Positions 17,758 through 26,568 of a stretch of DNA of 32,662 nucleotides are shown piece after piece. Within the stretch, counting starts at the first letter, position 1, and each line of letters begins with the position of its first letter. Location: the sequence record SRR22947727_3693; one strand, given 5' to 3'. Both the position numbers and the translations under genes were made by a program. A model generated the notes under the pieces. That model was not told the origin of the DNA. It was given only the letters and a program-made list of their open reading frames with translations, and did not search any database.

Positions 17758-18500
17758 TTCCGGAACAATCCTGGCCTGACGACGCACTACAACGGAGTCT
17801 TGTACTTGGTAGGCCTTATCTTGCACAGAATCAAAAAAATGGTGTTTGCTTTATTGATGTTGGAGCTCATTATGGTGAGACATTTCAGTCATTACAAACT
17901 TTACTAACAAACGAGCTTGTCCGTTATATTGGTCTTGAGCCTGATCCGCGAAATTACTTAGAAGCTTCACAAAATATTGTCCATACGGATTCTAACTTTA
18001 GTTCTGTTCAGTTGCTGAGTAAATGTGCAGGCGCTCAGATATCTGTGGTTCAGTTTCATCAGTGCAAGTCAGATGTTGTTTCAGGAGTTTTGGAATCTGA
18101 TTTGTGTCTTAAGGAGAGAGTACCTGATGGTGATCATGATTCTGTGCAAACTATAGAAGTTGTGCAGACAACTATTGACAAGATTGTCGAAGAATCGATG
18201 ATTGATAACGCCACACTTAATATTCTTAAGGTTGACACTGAAGGATATGACTTGCAAGTTCTACTTGGTGCCAAGAAGGCTCTTGAACATCAACTTATTG
18301 ATATCGTTATTAGTGAGTTTTTTTGTGTTAGTTATCGTGAGGGTCAAGGATATTTATGGGATAGCATGGAATATCTAAGTAGTAAAGACTATTTGTTTGA
18401 CAATGTCTATGATGCCAGAAATACTACCCAAGGTCGGCTTTATACTGGTAATATTATCTTTGTATCCCCTCGTATCGCAAGACTCAATAACTTCGCCTAA
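17751..18500 (+). CDS. FkbM family methyltransferase
   Basis: FIDVGAHYG, GLEPDP and ILKVDTEGYDLQVLLGA. Confidence 0.92.
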   Translation: MVIPEQSWPDDALQRSLVLGRPYLAQNQKNGVCFIDVGAHYGETFQSLQTLLTNELVRYIGLEPDPRNYLEASQNIVHTDSNFSSVQLLSKCAGAQISVVQFHQCKSDVVSGVLESDLCLKERVPDGDHDSVQTIEVVQTTIDKIVEESMIDNATLNILKVDTEGYDLQVLLGAKKALEHQLIDIVISEFFCVSYREGQGYLWDSMEYLSSKDYLFDNVYDARNTTQGRLYTGNIIFVSPRIARLNNFA

Positions 18501-18505
18501 ATCTT

Positions 18506-18982
18506 ATGCCAAATTGGATGTATTGGTTGCGAAGAAAAGTAAGGCCACTTTCTCGTCTTTTTCATTTCTTTCTTTTAAATGCATATTATCTTGAAGGCTC
18601 AAGAAAAAAACTTATGTATGGATCTAATTGTAGTTTTAATAATGCTATTTTTAACACCTCATCTGGGTCTATATATATAGATGATCACGTTATTTTTGGT
18701 TATAACGTGATGGTTCTTACTGGTAAACACAGTTTCTTAAATGGGAGACGTCTGGGGCTTAATTCTTCGGATTTAACTTCTTCAGGTCTTCATGAAGTTC
18801 CAACTGACGGTTACGATATCAAGATTGGATCGGGATCATGGATAGCATCTGGGGTGATTATGATCGGGGGGTGTTCTGTTGGTAAAAACTGCATTGTTGC
18901 AGCAGGTTCTGTAGTAACGAAAGAATTTGGCGATGGTGTGTTCATTGCTGGTGTGCCCGCTAGAATTATAAGAGCCATTTGA
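18506..18982 (+). CDS. Left-handed beta-helix acyltransferase (MAT/WcaF-like O-acetyltransferase)
   Basis: Hexapeptide repeats IKIGSGSWIASGVIMIGGCSVGKNCIVAAGSVVTK and GVPARII. Confidence 0.9.
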   Translation: MPNWMYWLRRKVRPLSRLFHFFLLNAYYLEGSRKKLMYGSNCSFNNAIFNTSSGSIYIDDHVIFGYNVMVLTGKHSFLNGRRLGLNSSDLTSSGLHEVPTDGYDIKIGSGSWIASGVIMIGGCSVGKNCIVAAGSVVTKEFGDGVFIAGVPARIIRAI

Positions 18983-18989
18983 ACATAAT

Positions 18990-19958
18990 ATGCGGGTTCT
19001 TATTGAGGCAGGTTTAAAAGGCTGGGAAATTATTGAATATCGTGAGTTTCTTAAATCTGCTCAGGAGTATTTTGGTGAGTCTAACGTACAACAGCTTGTA
19101 ATTCGTAGGCGTTGGTTCCAGCCATTTCAATTATTTTTAGAACTTTCTAAGAGGAAGTATGACGCATATGTTTTTTCTCCTCGTACTTTATCCTCTATTT
19201 ATACTTTCGCGATCTTTCAAGCTTTTCTCGTACTCATTATTACTTCTTTCTTTAGGGTAAGAGTTCATAGTTGTCTTTCGGACGCGCAGGTAAGACTTTT
19301 TAGGCATTTATCTCTGATTGTTGCTATGCGTAATGGTGTGATTCATTGTCTAATTACACCTACCCCTTTAATCAGAACCTATTTCCCTTTTGCCAATTTA
19401 AGCGGCCCGTATATGTTACCTATTTCATGTACAACCCTTGATTATGTCGATGACATCTGCAAATCTACACCAAGAAATATTGATGTCTGCGTACCCGGTC
19501 TTTTTTACCGGGAACGTCGAGAAATACTTGATCCTGTTATTTCTAAATTGAAGGCTCAGGGTTACCATGTTGTTGTCTCTCAACGTTCTTCATCTGGCAA
19601 GCGTTCGTCTGATTATGAATATTGGAAGATGATGGCATCCTCTAAGATAGTTCTTACTACTAGCGTTCCAACTAAGGAAGCTGCCTCCCTAGGACTTGAT
19701 AATAGTCCTCATTTAATCTACCGATACTTAGAAGCACTTGTGTGCGGATCTCTCTTGGTTTGTAATAGAGCTCCAACCAATCCTTTCATACAGCCTAATA
19801 TTCACTATATACCATTTGATTCTCGCAGTGATATCTATTTAATTGTCTCTCATTTTCTAGAAAATATAGACGAATTTCAATCTGTATCTCTTGTTGGTAG
19901 AGATGCTGCTAGAAAAATTATTGAAAGTTATGATTTTTGGTCTCAAATTTCCCGTTAA
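18990..19958 (+). CDS. Putative glycosyltransferase (Glyco_trans_1_2/CgeB-like C-terminus)
   Basis: IDVC..G..Y..RRE, EY.KMMASSKIVL, RYLEALVCGSLL and HYIPF. Confidence 0.7.
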   Translation: MRVLIEAGLKGWEIIEYREFLKSAQEYFGESNVQQLVIRRRWFQPFQLFLELSKRKYDAYVFSPRTLSSIYTFAIFQAFLVLIITSFFRVRVHSCLSDAQVRLFRHLSLIVAMRNGVIHCLITPTPLIRTYFPFANLSGPYMLPISCTTLDYVDDICKSTPRNIDVCVPGLFYRERREILDPVISKLKAQGYHVVVSQRSSSGKRSSDYEYWKMMASSKIVLTTSVPTKEAASLGLDNSPHLIYRYLEALVCGSLLVCNRAPTNPFIQPNIHYIPFDSRSDIYLIVSHFLENIDEFQSVSLVGRDAARKIIESYDFWSQISR

Positions 19959-20020
19959 GTTCTCACTTTAAATAATCTTCTTGCAATTATATTGCCATGA
20001 TTTAAATTGGAGGCGTGAGC

Positions 20021-21178
20021 CTAATGTTTGGAATCATTTTCTTCTATTCTCTTCATTGCCTTTTGAATGGCATCATCTATATTTTTGCTAGACCATATTC
20101 CTGAATATCCATCACTTAAGGATCCCGGCTTTATTGTTTTTGGCACCGTAATCGTCCTTTCCATGTTCGCTAGCTGATACCTAATGCACGCAAATGTATG
20201 GAATGGATTGTTCTGATCGAATGTTTTTTCAAAGGGGTTCAGTTGTATTATATATGTCAACTTGGAGGTGAAGAGGAAAGCATTTATATTGTCTGATCCC
20301 GGTGGAACAATTATTATATTGAATTTACTTAATATCTCTTTTTTTTGCACAAAATCTAGTAAATGAATGTCTGACAATACTGCTGCATCCCAACTTGACG
20401 ATAGATGCTCGATCAGTTCCCTTTGGTTTTTGATTCGGTCATCATGACGTGTTATAAAACCTATTTTTAGTTTATCTTTTGATGGCAATGATTTTTTAAA
20501 AGCAAAGTATTGTTCTAGTAGATCGAATGCCGTAAAGATAGAAATGTGCTTTACTAAATAGAGTTGCTTGAAGTGAGTAACAGAAATTCTCCAGTTATTC
20601 ACACTATAGTGATCTCTTGCCATACATGATAGAAATTGCATATTCCTGTGCCTGTTTTCCGATTTATCCCCATGAATACAATGGATATTATTAAGAAGGT
20701 CTGTCTTAGATCCAATTATGTTTGGCATAGATGTAGGTAACAGGTTCAATTCATTTTTTTGTCTTATTAATAGGTTTGGATAAAAGTCGATTAGTTGATG
20801 CGTGTAATTGTTTCGACTTCCCACAAACCATGACGGCTCATTAATGTACTGTGTTGCCTCTAGTTGTTCTAGCTTGTCTACAAATGGGTGGTATGTCGAC
20901 CATATTAGGTCTCCATGAAATAATCTACCTTTTGCGTTTCTGAAGTAGTAAAGTTCATCACCCCATCCAAAACTGCTTTGTAGATGAATTAAGTCAACAT
21001 CATTTATTCTTTCAACTATTCTTTCTATACAGAAGTCTAGCTTAAATATTTTCTGCAGTTTTTTCAGATTTGCCCCAGATAAATTTGGATGACTATGATT
21101 TAAACGTTGACTCAGGTCATCGCCGACAAGCTCGAATGACACATGCGAGCCTAGTGGAGTTATTCGGTCTGAAAGCAA
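20021..21178 (-). CDS. Putative glycosyltransferase family 61 (DUF563-like)
   Basis: NNYTHQLIDFYP, R...RIKNQRELI, FVQKKEIL and IIIVPPGSDNINA pattern. TTG start is uncertain. Confidence 0.65.
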   Translation of the reverse strand: MLSDRITPLGSHVSFELVGDDLSQRLNHSHPNLSGANLKKLQKIFKLDFCIERIVERINDVDLIHLQSSFGWGDELYYFRNAKGRLFHGDLIWSTYHPFVDKLEQLEATQYINEPSWFVGSRNNYTHQLIDFYPNLLIRQKNELNLLPTSMPNIIGSKTDLLNNIHCIHGDKSENRHRNMQFLSCMARDHYSVNNWRISVTHFKQLYLVKHISIFTAFDLLEQYFAFKKSLPSKDKLKIGFITRHDDRIKNQRELIEHLSSSWDAAVLSDIHLLDFVQKKEILSKFNIIIVPPGSDNINAFLFTSKLTYIIQLNPFEKTFDQNNPFHTFACIRYQLANMERTITVPKTIKPGSLSDGYSGIWSSKNIDDAIQKAMKRIEENDSKH

Positions 21179-21197
21179 ATCAGGGGCCCCGATGTTG

Positions 21198-22301
21198 TTA
21201 GCGTTTGTGCTTTCTCCAGTTCAGTATAAGACCTGTCCATTTTCTTAGATGAGCTTTCACTGGTTCTAATGTTGGGTATGATTCAAATATGGTTTCATCA
21301 ATTGTGATCGTTTTCATTGTTGGAATATTTTTTTCAATCGATGATCTGCACCATTGAATAATTTCATCTTGTGATTTGTTTATGTAACAATTGAATACTT
21401 CGTCGCTTGTAAAATCTGAGAAGGCATAAGTATCTCCCCAATATAACGCTTTGCATTTCATCATTTTCGAGTGGAGTAGTTTTTCTGTTACGTATCCATT
21501 CCCTATGCTATTTTCAAAGCATATATTAATCTTTGATCTTGCAAGAATCTCCATCTTGTTCACATTCTTTCCTCTATGACTGCCAAATACTTGTACTGAG
21601 TCATTGCCAAATTCTTCGCGCAGAGTAGCAATAATTTGTTCACGTTCTGGCGTAGAATTGTTGTATATAGCACTTATTTGTATATCTCGATTGTTTGGTA
21701 GATTATTTTTAAGTATTCTTTCTCCTATATATTCCATCCGGCTGCTTGAGATATTAAATTCACTGTACCATTGTGGTAGGCGTATATTCTTGTCGCAAAA
21801 GCTATCTATTCTTGTGGACCAACTAAAATCATGAATATTAAACGATGGTGCTAGATTTTCCCCAGTTATAAATAGTACTAATTTGTCTTTACTTATTTCA
21901 GGCTGAGTTAGCAGTGCATTGCCGTAAGGTGATGCCACAATTAAATCACATTCCTGTATAGATGTTATTCTTAGGCTTAGGCCCGAGTCTTCAAATATCC
22001 TTTTGACGAAGTCTATGTCTTTTTGGTTATTTGGATACCAGTCTATAAATGCAATTTGTATTATTGGATCTGTGGCCTTGAGTATTTGTTTGCGTGCTAT
22101 TTCAACTCTCCTTTTGGAAATGCTGCAAAATTTTGACCTCATCTTATAGATTCTGAAGGCTGCTTCTATGTTTCCTTCAGTCGCTAATTTGTCAGCATTA
22201 AGAAACTCATTTGCGAATGCATTACTTGTTTGTGGATGTATCCACTGCCTTCCATATGAGCTAGCCAAAAAATAATCTTCAATACAATTTCTATGATACA
22301 C
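21198..22301 (-). CDS. Glycosyltransferase family 10 (alpha-1,3-fucosyltransferase-like) with a short helical N-terminal extension
   Basis: FITGENLAP and the GT10 signature KINICFENSIGNGYVTEKL followed by LYWG. Confidence 0.85.
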   Translation of the reverse strand: MYHRNCIEDYFLASSYGRQWIHPQTSNAFANEFLNADKLATEGNIEAAFRIYKMRSKFCSISKRRVEIARKQILKATDPIIQIAFIDWYPNNQKDIDFVKRIFEDSGLSLRITSIQECDLIVASPYGNALLTQPEISKDKLVLFITGENLAPSFNIHDFSWSTRIDSFCDKNIRLPQWYSEFNISSSRMEYIGERILKNNLPNNRDIQISAIYNNSTPEREQIIATLREEFGNDSVQVFGSHRGKNVNKMEILARSKINICFENSIGNGYVTEKLLHSKMMKCKALYWGDTYAFSDFTSDEVFNCYINKSQDEIIQWCRSSIEKNIPTMKTITIDETIFESYPTLEPVKAHLRKWTGLILNWRKHKR

Positions 22302-22383
22302 GACAGGAGCGTCCCTTCTAGCAATCTGTGATTTCTCCTCTCCTTTCCATTTTTTCTGTTTTTTTATGGCTAATATTCTATTT

Positions 22384-23325
22384 CTAGATGTGATTTAGCC
22401 TTATTCCAATTTCCGTGTCTGCTATTTGCTCGGTCATTCTCAGTGGTTTAATCCCGTATTTCCTTAGCATTCTGTCAAAGTATATTGGACTGCAACTATA
22501 CGAATTTGCTGCTCCAGTCAGTGTTTGGATGGTTGGGGGAGGTTGGCTGTATCGATATGCTATTAATTCACCTAGTGCTATTAATGTTGTTACGTGGCTG
22601 GATGTCTCAATTGGTCCGATTGGCTCATCTTCGCTTAGAAGCCACTCTAGAGAGCATTTTGCTACATCTGATGCATTTACATAGCTTCTAATTACGGGGA
22701 ATGGAGAATTTATTGTAATCGGTTTGTTTTGTATCGCCTTAGTTATTAAGTCTCCTATTGCAAATTTCTTGGGATCACGAATAAATTGTCCTGTCAATGC
22801 GTAGATACGAAATACTTGGTTTTTTGTAATGGCTGAAATTTTTTGTTCTTCGGATAGTTTGAGAAAACCATATGGATCGCTTTTCTCTGTTACTGTCAAA
22901 TCACCCTTTTTTTCTGCTATTGACGCTGCTCCTGATGACATATTTACTACTCTTGAATTGTCACATCTTTTCAGAAAGCTCAAAACGGTATTTGTGATTT
23001 GTTGATTTGTTTCTATAAACGTTTTTATTCCGTAACTTTGTATTCTGTCTCTTGTTAGAAATGCTGAGTGAATTAGTAGTATTTTCTCGTTGACTTGCTG
23101 ATTTTCTAATTCTGACAACGGTTTTATAGGCACCGTTATTTTATCGTTAGCTGGGTAATTTGTTGAGTTCAATAGTTTTGCTTCGGACCCGAATGCTATC
23201 ACCTTTTCATTGAATTCTTTTGCTGGGATTATTGATTGAAGCTCGTGTAAAAATGTTTTCCCGATCCATCCTGTGGCTCCTGTTACGTATATCTTATTTA
23301 TTTCAGCTGTTGCATTTAGTCTCAT
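22384..23325 (-). CDS. NAD-dependent epimerase/reductase (extended SDR)
   Basis: VTGATGWIG, SSGAA, PYGFLK (YxxxK) and RSYV. Directly downstream of the transketolase pair. Confidence 0.85.
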   Translation of the reverse strand: MRLNATAEINKIYVTGATGWIGKTFLHELQSIIPAKEFNEKVIAFGSEAKLLNSTNYPANDKITVPIKPLSELENQQVNEKILLIHSAFLTRDRIQSYGIKTFIETNQQITNTVLSFLKRCDNSRVVNMSSGAASIAEKKGDLTVTEKSDPYGFLKLSEEQKISAITKNQVFRIYALTGQFIRDPKKFAIGDLITKAIQNKPITINSPFPVIRSYVNASDVAKCSLEWLLSEDEPIGPIETSSHVTTLIALGELIAYRYSQPPPTIQTLTGAANSYSCSPIYFDRMLRKYGIKPLRMTEQIADTEIGIRLNHI

Positions 23326-23332
23326 ATTGATT

Positions 23333-24262
23333 TTATTTATTTAATACATTTTTAAGGCATTGTCTTAAATCTTTCAGTAAAGGTCTTAATAGTGTTTCTT
23401 CCTTGGCAACTTTCCCAACAATATCTTGCTGAAATGCTATTGGTATTATTCGTGTGTTAAGACTGTATTTTGCAGCTACTTCTAATGTGTAAGACCCAAA
23501 GCCTCCTTCAAGCACGTGATCCTCGATTGTGATAATTGTCTTATATTGACTTATTTGTTTTGCGAAATATTCACTGGAGGAAGCTCCCCATAATGGAACA
23601 GAATATATCGGTAAATCTTGAAACTCAGCTTTACATATCCTATCGACCGCATTTGCTATGTGCCCGATACATAAAATGCATGTTTTTTGTGTATACCTTT
23701 GAGTATTGATTTCAATGGGTGTGTTAATTTTTCTTATTTGACCCGGCAATATTTGCTCTTCATTGTCCTGAAGGTTTTTCTCCCCCGCTTTATGAAGTCT
23801 CAAATAAAGTGGTTTTGGGTTCCTAAAGTTATAGTCAAGTATCTTGACTACTTCTTTGGGGTCGCATGGTGTTCCAATCATCATATTAGGTAATGCTCTC
23901 ATCAAAGAGATGTCTTGGATTGCATGATGGCTGTAGCCCAAATTTCCGTAGGTTACACCTGATCCTACAGCGCATATAACTACAGGTAAATTGTGATAGT
24001 CGATATCATTTCGTATTTGTTCTGCGCATCTGAACGTAGGAAATATACCTATTGAATAGTTGTAGGGGCGGAAACCTTCGAGAGCCAATCCTGCAGCTAT
24101 TCCTGTCATATTTTGCTCTGCTACACCCGCATTCAGAAACCTTAACGCATGTTCTTCAATAAATGGTTCAATAACTGAGTAGCCAAGATCCCCCGTTATA
24201 AGGATAATTTCTTTATGGTTTTTTGCTTTTTCTTTTAACCAGTTTATCATTGCATTTCTCAT
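23333..24262 (-). CDS. Transketolase-like protein, C-terminal (pyrimidine-binding) subunit
   Basis: TGDLGY, NAGVAEQNMTGIAAGLA, EQIRND, GYSHH and TIEDH..GGFG. Confidence 0.93.
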   Translation of the reverse strand: MRNAMINWLKEKAKNHKEIILITGDLGYSVIEPFIEEHALRFLNAGVAEQNMTGIAAGLALEGFRPYNYSIGIFPTFRCAEQIRNDIDYHNLPVVICAVGSGVTYGNLGYSHHAIQDISLMRALPNMMIGTPCDPKEVVKILDYNFRNPKPLYLRLHKAGEKNLQDNEEQILPGQIRKINTPIEINTQRYTQKTCILCIGHIANAVDRICKAEFQDLPIYSVPLWGASSSEYFAKQISQYKTIITIEDHVLEGGFGSYTLEVAAKYSLNTRIIPIAFQQDIVGKVAKEETLLRPLLKDLRQCLKNVLNK

Positions 24263-25065
24263 TCGCTTAATACCTCATTTAGTGCTCTCTTAAGCTCCTC
24301 ATCATTTGGAGATTTATAGTGCCATTCTACCGAATTTTCCATGTATGAAACGCCTTTCCCTTTCGTTGTGTTCATGATTATCGCCGATGGCCTATCATCT
24401 AGTTTTGCTTCCTGAAGCATATGTTTCAGTCTCTTGTGGTCATGACCATCTACCGTGTATGTAGACCAGCCAAAAGCTTGAAGTTTGTTGTCAAGTGGAT
24501 TCAAGCTTAATGTTTCCTCTACGCTTTTTAGGCTCTGAAGATTATTGTAATCGATTATTGCTGTTAGTTTTTTCAGGTTGTGATGTGCGGCAAACATGAA
24601 TGATTCCCAGTTGCTTCCTTCCTGAAGTTCTCCGTCACTGAGAATTACATAAGTATGCCATGTTTCGTTTCTTAGTTTTGCAGCCATACATATCCCGCAG
24701 GCAATCGGCATTGCGTGTCCTAAGGCACCTGTGGAGATTTCTACACCCGGTACATGATGAGATGCGTGGTTCATGAACGGAGAAAAGTCGTCTCCGTATG
24801 TCATAAGGTCTGATTCACTAAAAAAACCTTTCACGCATAATGCGCTGTAAAGAGCTACGCATGCGTGGCCTTTGCTTAGAAGTAGTCGATCCCTCAGCGG
24901 GTCCTCTGGCTCTCTCAAATTGCAGATATCTGTATTTGTTATTAAGACTGCTAGAACATCTGCTATTGATAGGGCACTACCTATGTGTGATGCTCCCGCT
25001 TTGTGGACGAGTTTTAGAGATAGTTCTCTAATCCTTCTTGCTGTCTCCCGACTGTTTGCTTCCAC
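24259..25065 (-). CDS. Transketolase-like protein, N-terminal (ThDP-binding) subunit
   Basis: SHIGSALS, DRLLLSKGHA, STGALGH, SDGELQEGSNWE and TTKGKGVSYMEN..WH. 4-bp overlap with the C-terminal subunit. Confidence 0.93.
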   Translation of the reverse strand: MEANSRETARRIRELSLKLVHKAGASHIGSALSIADVLAVLITNTDICNLREPEDPLRDRLLLSKGHACVALYSALCVKGFFSESDLMTYGDDFSPFMNHASHHVPGVEISTGALGHAMPIACGICMAAKLRNETWHTYVILSDGELQEGSNWESFMFAAHHNLKKLTAIIDYNNLQSLKSVEETLSLNPLDNKLQAFGWSTYTVDGHDHKRLKHMLQEAKLDDRPSAIIMNTTKGKGVSYMENSVEWHYKSPNDEELKRALNEVLSE

Positions 25066-25066
25066 G

Positions 25067-26563
25067 TTATCTCTTCCTTGTGTTTATGTATTCTCCGATA
25101 ATTGTAATTTCTTTTTGTATCATCTCTTTTGTTAGCCCTGGATAAGTTCCTACAAATAGGGTGTTCATCATGATTTCATCTGAGCCCATCATTTCCCCTA
25201 CTACTCTCATTGCCTCTGGGCGGTTATGGCTTAACTCTACGAATGCTGGTTGACGGAGTAGGTTTCCACCGAACAGCATTCGATTACCGATTCCATTGCG
25301 ATCAAGCTCTTCGGCAAGTTCCGTTCGGCTAAACGGCGCTTCTTTCCGAATTGATATTTTAAAACCGAACCAAGAGCAATCTGTTCTGCACCCACTATTG
25401 TCCCAATTGAATCCCTTTCCCTTATTCCATCTAGTTGCATGTGTCGGAAGAGCAAATTCCAGATGATCTTCGAATTCTGCTAATCCGCGTCTCAGGATTT
25501 CCCAGTTTTGCTTGCGTGATTTGATGAAGTTTGTAAGTTTTGCTAGTTGTACTCTCCCTATTGCTGCTTGGGGATCTAGTGGTTTGAGGTTATATCCCAG
25601 ATGACTGTAGGTGTATTTGTGGTCATACCCTTTTGGAAGTTCTCCCAACTTCCAGTCAAACCTCTTCTTGCATGAGTTGTCTAACCCGCTTGGACACCAG
25701 CAGTCGCGTCCCCAGTCCCGGAGGCTTTCAGTAATCACTTTTAGCTTTTGATCTCTGACGATGTTTATTGCCCCGCCCTCTCCCATTGTGAGGTGATGTG
25801 GTGGATAAAAGCTTTGTGTGCTGATGTCTCCCCAGGTTCCCGTCCAACGTGCCACTCGATCCGGCCCTTCATCAAGACCAGGGCTGTTTTCACTGAAGCC
25901 AAGCTGCTCGGCAATTATTTTTGGCATCGAATAGCTGCATCCCAAAGCATCGCAGTTGTCTTCGATTAGCCAAAGGTTGTATTTCTTGCAAAATGCGAGA
26001 GTTTTTGCCAAATCGAAGGGGTTTCCCAGCGCGTGGGCCATCATCACAGCCTTCGTCTTCCCCTGGCTGTAAGCCCTCTCCAGCTCTTCGCAGCGCGCAT
26101 TACCGGTAATAGGATCTGCATCAATAAACACCGGCACTGCTCCCACTTGCACAATCGGCGCAACCGTGGTCGGGAATCCCGCAGCGACCGTTATTACTTC
26201 ATCACCCGGTTTGATTCTCTTTTTCTCGGGCAACTTCGATGAAGTGAGTGCTGATATTGCGATTAGATTTGCACTTGATCCCGAATTCACGAGCAGCGAG
26301 TTGCGGACTCCCAGGAAAGTTGCTAGCTCCTTCTGGAATGCTTCCCCCTCATGCCCCAGTGTTAGCCAGAAATCCAATGTGCTCGACACTGCTGCTTCCA
26401 CTTCGTCTTCGGTGAACACTCGACCTGCGTATGGAATAGGGCTTCCTTCTTGCCAGGCCTGGCGGTCTGGATCAGATGCTGGGCGGAAGCTGGCATGCAC
26501 CTGGCGTGAGTATTCACGCGTGAGTCGTAGGATTTCCGCCTTCAGGGCTGTCGGGTCAGTCAT
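25067..26563 (-). CDS. rfbH: CDP-4-keto-6-deoxy-D-glucose 3-dehydrase (E1, DdhC/RfbH)
   Basis: VNSGSSANL, AAGFPTT, HALGNPF, EDNCDALG, SFYPPHHLTMGEGG (His in place of the aminotransferase Lys), RDWGRDCWC...NSC Fe-S cysteines and YDHKY. Start placed at MTDPTALK. Confidence 0.95.
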   Translation of the reverse strand: MTDPTALKAEILRLTREYSRQVHASFRPASDPDRQAWQEGSPIPYAGRVFTEDEVEAAVSSTLDFWLTLGHEGEAFQKELATFLGVRNSLLVNSGSSANLIAISALTSSKLPEKKRIKPGDEVITVAAGFPTTVAPIVQVGAVPVFIDADPITGNARCEELERAYSQGKTKAVMMAHALGNPFDLAKTLAFCKKYNLWLIEDNCDALGCSYSMPKIIAEQLGFSENSPGLDEGPDRVARWTGTWGDISTQSFYPPHHLTMGEGGAINIVRDQKLKVITESLRDWGRDCWCPSGLDNSCKKRFDWKLGELPKGYDHKYTYSHLGYNLKPLDPQAAIGRVQLAKLTNFIKSRKQNWEILRRGLAEFEDHLEFALPTHATRWNKGKGFNWDNSGCRTDCSWFGFKISIRKEAPFSRTELAEELDRNGIGNRMLFGGNLLRQPAFVELSHNRPEAMRVVGEMMGSDEIMMNTLFVGTYPGLTKEMIQKEITIIGEYINTRKR

Positions 26564-26568
26564 GCGGC

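Noticed and set aside
21178-21240. Possible frameshifted upstream ATG start (21240) for the GT61 gene through the ggggcccc run
   Set aside because: A +1 base would join the frames, but the runs are only 4 nt and a usable TTG start exists. Needs homologue alignment.
23333-25065. Housekeeping Calvin-cycle transketolase
   Set aside because: Split, short, AT-rich subunits translationally coupled to rfbH. The housekeeping enzyme is a single longer polypeptide.
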